A stretch of DNA of 52,891 nucleotides from contig PS015137.1 of assembly GCA_048213135.1 (NCBI GenBank), positions 25,880-78,770 of the forward strand, written 5' to 3'. Shown here piece by piece: positions 48,422 to 52,891 of the stretch. The stretch is from Reclinomonas americana ATCC 50394. Taxonomy: Eukaryota. A program made the translations under genes and the position numbers. Below the pieces are notes generated by a model. The model saw only the letters and a list, made by a program, of their open reading frames with translations, did no database searches and was not told the origin of the DNA. The stretch's first letter is position 1, and every line of letters starts with the position of its first letter.

Positions 48422-49502
48422 ATGTCCATCTTCGTGAGTCGATGCTTTCATGCCGAGAGAGGCACTCGCATACTCTCTGTCACCGTCACTCGCGATGGTC
48501 TGCACGTGGTGTGTGGGAATTCAGACAACGTAAACACGATTCGAGTCGCTGGCCAGTGGAGGAGAGGTGCGACGGTTGGAGGGACACACGAAAGGTGTGT
48601 GGTCTGTCGCCATCACACCCAATGGTCAGAACATCGTGAGTGGGAGTTCTGACATGACCGTTCGAGTGTGGTTGCTGGAAAGCGGTGAAGAAGTGCGTCA
48701 GATTGACGGACACACCGAGCCAGTGCTGTCCGTCGCCGTCACCCCCGATGGCCAGCACATCGCGAGTGGCAGTAATGACATGACAGTGCGTGTGTGGTCT
48801 CTGGAGAGCGGTGAAGAAGTGCGGCGACTGGAGGGACACACGGGGTCGGTGTTCTCTGTCGCTGTCACTCCCGATGGACATCACGTGGTGAGTGGGAGTG
48901 GGGACGAGACGGTGCGTGCGTGGTCACTGGCAAGTGGCGAGGAGGTGCTAAGGATGAAGGGCCACACCGGTGCGGTAACTGCAGTTGCTGTCACCCCTGA
49001 CAGTCAGCACGTGGTGAGCGGGAGTGACGACATGACGGTGCGAGTGTGGTCACTGGCGAGTGGAGAGGAGGTGCGACGGATGAAGGGCCACACCGAATGT
49101 GTGTGGTGTGTTGCCGTAGCTCCCGACGGTCGGCACGTTGTGAGTGCCGGCGGCTATGATATTACAGCACGCATGTGGTCACTGGCGAGTGGAGTGGAGG
49201 TGCACCGGCTGAATGGACATGCGGATTCTGTGCGATCTGTTACCGTTGCTCCCGATGGTCAGCATGTAGTGGGTGGGTGTGGCGATGGCACCGTACAGGT
49301 GTGGTCAACACCATGCGGTCTCGCTCGGCTGGAGCTCGATTGTGCACGGTCGGCCCTGTGCGCGGTGCAGGAGATGCAGGCGGAGGAAGAGGAGGAAGTG
49401 GATCCGCGGTGCCTGGTGGAGATCGTACTGCGCTGCTTCCTGGTCGAGGAGGCAGAGGTTGTTCTGTTTCGCTGCTCTGTCGACGTCGGCCTCCGACTTT
49501 GA
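48422..49502 (+). pseudogene. Tandem paralog of the WD40 gene with a frameshift after repeat 1 (pseudogene or assembly error)
   Basis: MSIFVSRCF...ILSVTVTRDG...TIRV at 48422 parallels MPVFLSRCI... of copy 1. At ~48545, cgagtcgctggcc lacks 5 nt relative to the usual cgagtgtggtcgctgg, so repeats 2-7 and the tail lie in another frame with no upstream ATG. Confidence 0.75.
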
Positions 49503-49705
49503 TTGCAGTGAACAAGTGTTGTGGAGTGGCTCGACTTGCGGTGTCACTGCTGCTGCACAGAGTCATTCTACTGACATGTTGGTGCAGGTTGTAGTTCTCG
49601 GCATGCATATGGCCTCCGATCCGGACCATGACAAGCTCTCTTCTGCTTCAACCACGGCACCAATGACGACGCCTCCACTGCTCTTGCTTTGCCTGCTGCA
49701 CGAAT

Positions 49706-49876
49706 CCGGACCCGGCTTTGCTTGTTTGCCTGGCTATGGCCTTTTCCCGATTTCGATGTGCCGTGTACGATCGCAGAAAACGCAATGCGTCTATGCAAGT
49801 GCGTCATATCCACTGGTCAACCACGCTTATGCGGTGAAGATCACAGTTCTCGACTTGTTCGGAGCTCCGAGAGCGA
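49706..49876 (+). repeat. Dispersed non-coding element, copy B (22-nt insertion relative to copy A)
   Basis: Aligns with the reverse complement of 35771-35927, with an extra tcatatccactggtcaaccacg. Runs into an N gap. Confidence 0.85.
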
Positions 49877-50027
49877 NNNNNNNNNNNNNNNNNNNNNNNN
49901 NNNNNNNNNNNNNNNNNNNNNNNNNNNNNNNNNNNNNNNNNNNNNNNNNNNNNNNNNNNNNNNNNNNNNNNNNNNNNNNNNCGTACGTACGTACGTACGT
50001 CGTCGTGTCGTGTGTGTGTGTGTAGTG

Positions 50028-50141
<114 letters not shown>

Positions 50142-50250
50142 TGCTCTTTCATGCTGCTGTGCCCCCAGCATTCCTTATGTAAACCGCATTGTAAACAAAC
50201 CGACACCACCCTCCAAAACGCATTCAGCAGTGTGTCCGAGGCGGCGAACA

Positions 50251-52530
50251 ATGCTTCACGTGGACGTGGAGTCACCCTCCAACGCCCCTCTCGCCTCCTC
50301 TCTCACACACCACGCGTACACCTCTCCTCTTGCACGCGCAACGCCTTCAGCCGCATCGCCTTCTCAACAACAACAACATCAACGATCACAGTCGCAGCAA
50401 TCGTTGCCTGCTCATGCCACGTTTGGCACACGACGAGAGGACTTGGCGGTCTCTGCCTCGCCTTTCCTCTTGCGCGATCAGATGAGGTGCGAGAGAGGGT
50501 GAAAGAATGATAATCACAATAGTCATTCTCTCTTGCTCATTCTCTCTCTCACACACGCACTCACACACTCACCCACTCACTCTGTCAAAACAGTCACTCA
50601 CAAGCCTGCGTCTGATCTCCTCGCATTCCCTGCCTGTATCCATCGCTTTCTGCCATTATCCTTCGCTTTCCCTGCCATTATCCTTCGCCTTCTCTGACTG
50701 TATCCTTCGCCTTCTCCGCTTCATCTATCACCCAACTCTCCACCTTTTCTATCGCTTTTACTGCCTTTATCCATCCCTTATCCATCACTTTCTCTCGTCC
50801 TGTATTCTTTATGCTCGATGCCTTGATCATACGCGTTCCCTGCCTTTATCCACTGCTGTCTCTCCCTCCCTCCCTTCCCTCTCTCTCCCTTTGCCTTGAT
50901 CTTTCGCCTCCTCCATCTGTTCTCCGTTTATCACACGCTTTCTCTCTCAATGTTCTTGTTCTTCGNNNNNNNNNNNNNNNNNNNNNNNNNNNNNNNNNNN
51001 NNNNNNNNNNNNNNNNNNNNNNNNNNNNNNNNNNNNNNNNNNNNNNNNNNNNNNNNNNNNNNNNNNNNNNNNNNNNNNNNNNNNNNNNNNNNNNNNNNNN
51101 NNNNNNNNNNNNNNNNNNNNNNNNNNNNNNNNNNNNNNNNNNNNNNNNNNNNNNNNNNNNNNNNNNNNNNNNNNNNNNNNNNNNNNNNNNNNNNNNNNNN
51201 NNNNNNNNNNNNNNNNNNNNNNNNNNNNNNNNNNNNNNNNNNNNNNNNNNNNNNNNNNNNNNNNNNNNNNNNNNNNNNNNNNNNNNNNNNNNNNNNNNNN
51301 NNNNNNNNNNNNNNNNNNNNNNNNNNNNNNNNNNNNNNNNNNNNNNNNNNNNNNNNNNNNNNNNNNNNNNNNNNNNNNNNNNNNNNNNNNNNNNNNNNNN
51401 NNNNNNNNNNNNNNNNNNNNNNNNNNNNNNNNNNNNNNNNNNNNNNNNNNNNNNNNNNNNNNNNNNNNNNNNNNNNNNNNNNNNNNNNNNNNNNNNNNNN
51501 NNNNNNNNNNNNNNNNNNNNNNNNNNNNNNNNNNNNNNNNNNNNNNNNNNNNNNNNNNNNNNNNNNNNNNNNNNNNNNNNNNNNNNNNNNNNNNNNNNNN
51601 NNNNNNNNNNNNNNNNNNNNNNNNNNNNNNNNNNNNNNNNNNNNNNNNNNNNNNNNNNNNNNNNNNNNNNNNNNNNNNNNNNNNNNNNNNNNNNNNNNNN
51701 NNNNNNNNNNNNNNNNNNNNNNNNNNNNNNNNNNNNNNNNNNNNNNNNNNNNNNNNNTCTCTCTCTCTCTCTCTCTCTCTTCTTCTTCTTCTTCTGTTCT
51801 TCTTCTTCTGTTCTTGTTCTTCCTCCTCTTCCTCCTCCTCCTCGTCCTCGTCCTCCTCCTCCTCCTCTTCCTCCTCCTCTCTATCCTCTTCTCCACCCAT
51901 CTCATTTCCTCTGCCTCGATCATTTCTCCTTCTCCGTCTATATCTCACCCGCCTCTCCCTCTCTGCCCACCGTGCAGGTTATTCGAGCAATATGCTCCAG
52001 TCATGGCTGCATCAGGTTCTGATTCGGTGCGTCTTCTTCGCCTCCTCCTCCTTCTGCCCGTAACTTCCTCCTCATTCTCTCTTTCTCTCTCTCGCAGCCC
52101 GCCGCGCGTCCCGGCAGCGTGGCCTCCATCCCGACTCCTGCGCGCCTTCTTCGCTCGTCCAACAACCTGAAACCCAGCACACTGGTGCCGCCACTCGGCG
52201 CCACTCGTCCACAGTCGGGTGGCGGAGCGGGAGGCGGTCGATCGTCGTCGTTGAGTGGGGGTGTGGCCATGGGCGCGGCTGGAGGAGCCACCATGCCGCG
52301 GGCGGCACCCAACGCTGCGCGCTTCTTTGCGAGAACGGCGATGGAGGGTTCGGCTAGTGCGGCCGCCGGCGACAAGTCGGGCTTCTTGCAGACGAGGCCG
52401 TTGAGTGCCAAGGAGGTCGACATGTCGTTGTATGCGTCGGGACCGGCAGTGGGAGCACCGGCTGTGGTGTCGGCAGTGAATTCGGCGGGGAAGCACTTGA
52501 GGAGAGCGTCGTCGTCGGCCGTGCAGCAGA
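50251..52530 (+). CDS. Hypothetical low-complexity protein, 3' end outside window
   Basis: MLHVDVESPS...LLRDQM-R-LFEQYAPVMAASGSDS-PAARPGSVASIPTP...AVQQ, joined by phase-compatible GT-AG introns (donors 50487, 52027, 52531). Further exons may be hidden in the gap. Confidence 0.55.
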
Positions 52531-52891
52531 GTTGCGGCTGTGTTGCTTTCTCTCCTCCTCTGTCTCTCTCTCTGCATTCCTTTTTTAAAAATTCCATGCC
52601 ATGAGAGACTTCTCCTTCTTTTATTTCTTCTTCTGCTCTCTTGTCGTCGTCGGTATACATTTCTTCTTCTGCTTGTCGTTCCTTTCTCTTCCAACTCTTC
52701 CCATCAGGTGCTCTTTTCCACTTTGTGTCTCTGTAAGTGTCTTCTTCCTGTTGACGCTGTCGTCTTTGTTCAATGCATTCGCATCCCCTTCCTCCACCTA
52801 TCCCCTCAGCAGCCTCTCCCAGCTTGTGTCTCTCTCCCCCTTCCCCCTTCCCCCTTCCCCCTTCCCCCCTTCCCCCCTTCCCCCTTCCCCC

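Noticed and set aside
52001-52660. Minus-strand 219-aa ORF
   Set aside because: Antisense shadow of a plus-strand exon that has a proper acceptor, donor and pyrimidine tracts.
52836-52891. (CCCCCTT)n at the window end as a telomere
   Set aside because: Similar C/T tracts occur in many introns here, and this one follows a splice donor at 52531, so it is most likely intronic.

Overview
This is a gappy draft-assembly window from a GC-rich, intron-dense microbial eukaryote. It is probably flagellated, since it encodes IFT56/TTC26 and a NIMA-type kinase. Reading exons and introns by hand on both strands gives about 14 genes, in order: a 5'-truncated GH13-like/GT5 alpha-glucan (glycogen/starch-type) synthase, an N-myristoylation-motif TPR protein, two hypothetical proteins, an LRR-like protein, a UBE2G-like E2, RAD9, a UBE2D-like E2, a NEK kinase, TTC26, a large multi-TM/3xPAS/class III cyclase, a tandem intronless WD40 pair (second copy frameshifted), and a 3'-truncated hypothetical gene. 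Most introns are about 55-85 nt; longer ones are filled with simple repeats or minisatellites. The most striking signal is a second major class of 5' splice site. I count 26 donors reading GTTGCG (22), GTTTCG (3) or GTTACG (1), each preceded by a non-G exon base. These look like the ordinary G|GTGCG donor shifted by one nucleotide, a class that is rare in studied spliceosomes but makes up very roughly a quarter of the introns here. Also notable: a cyclase domain keeping only C2-type catalytic residues, a ~160-bp element present as inverted copies bracketing the cyclase+WD40 block, and repeat-shuffled WD40 paralogs. All gene models are manual and lack transcript support.
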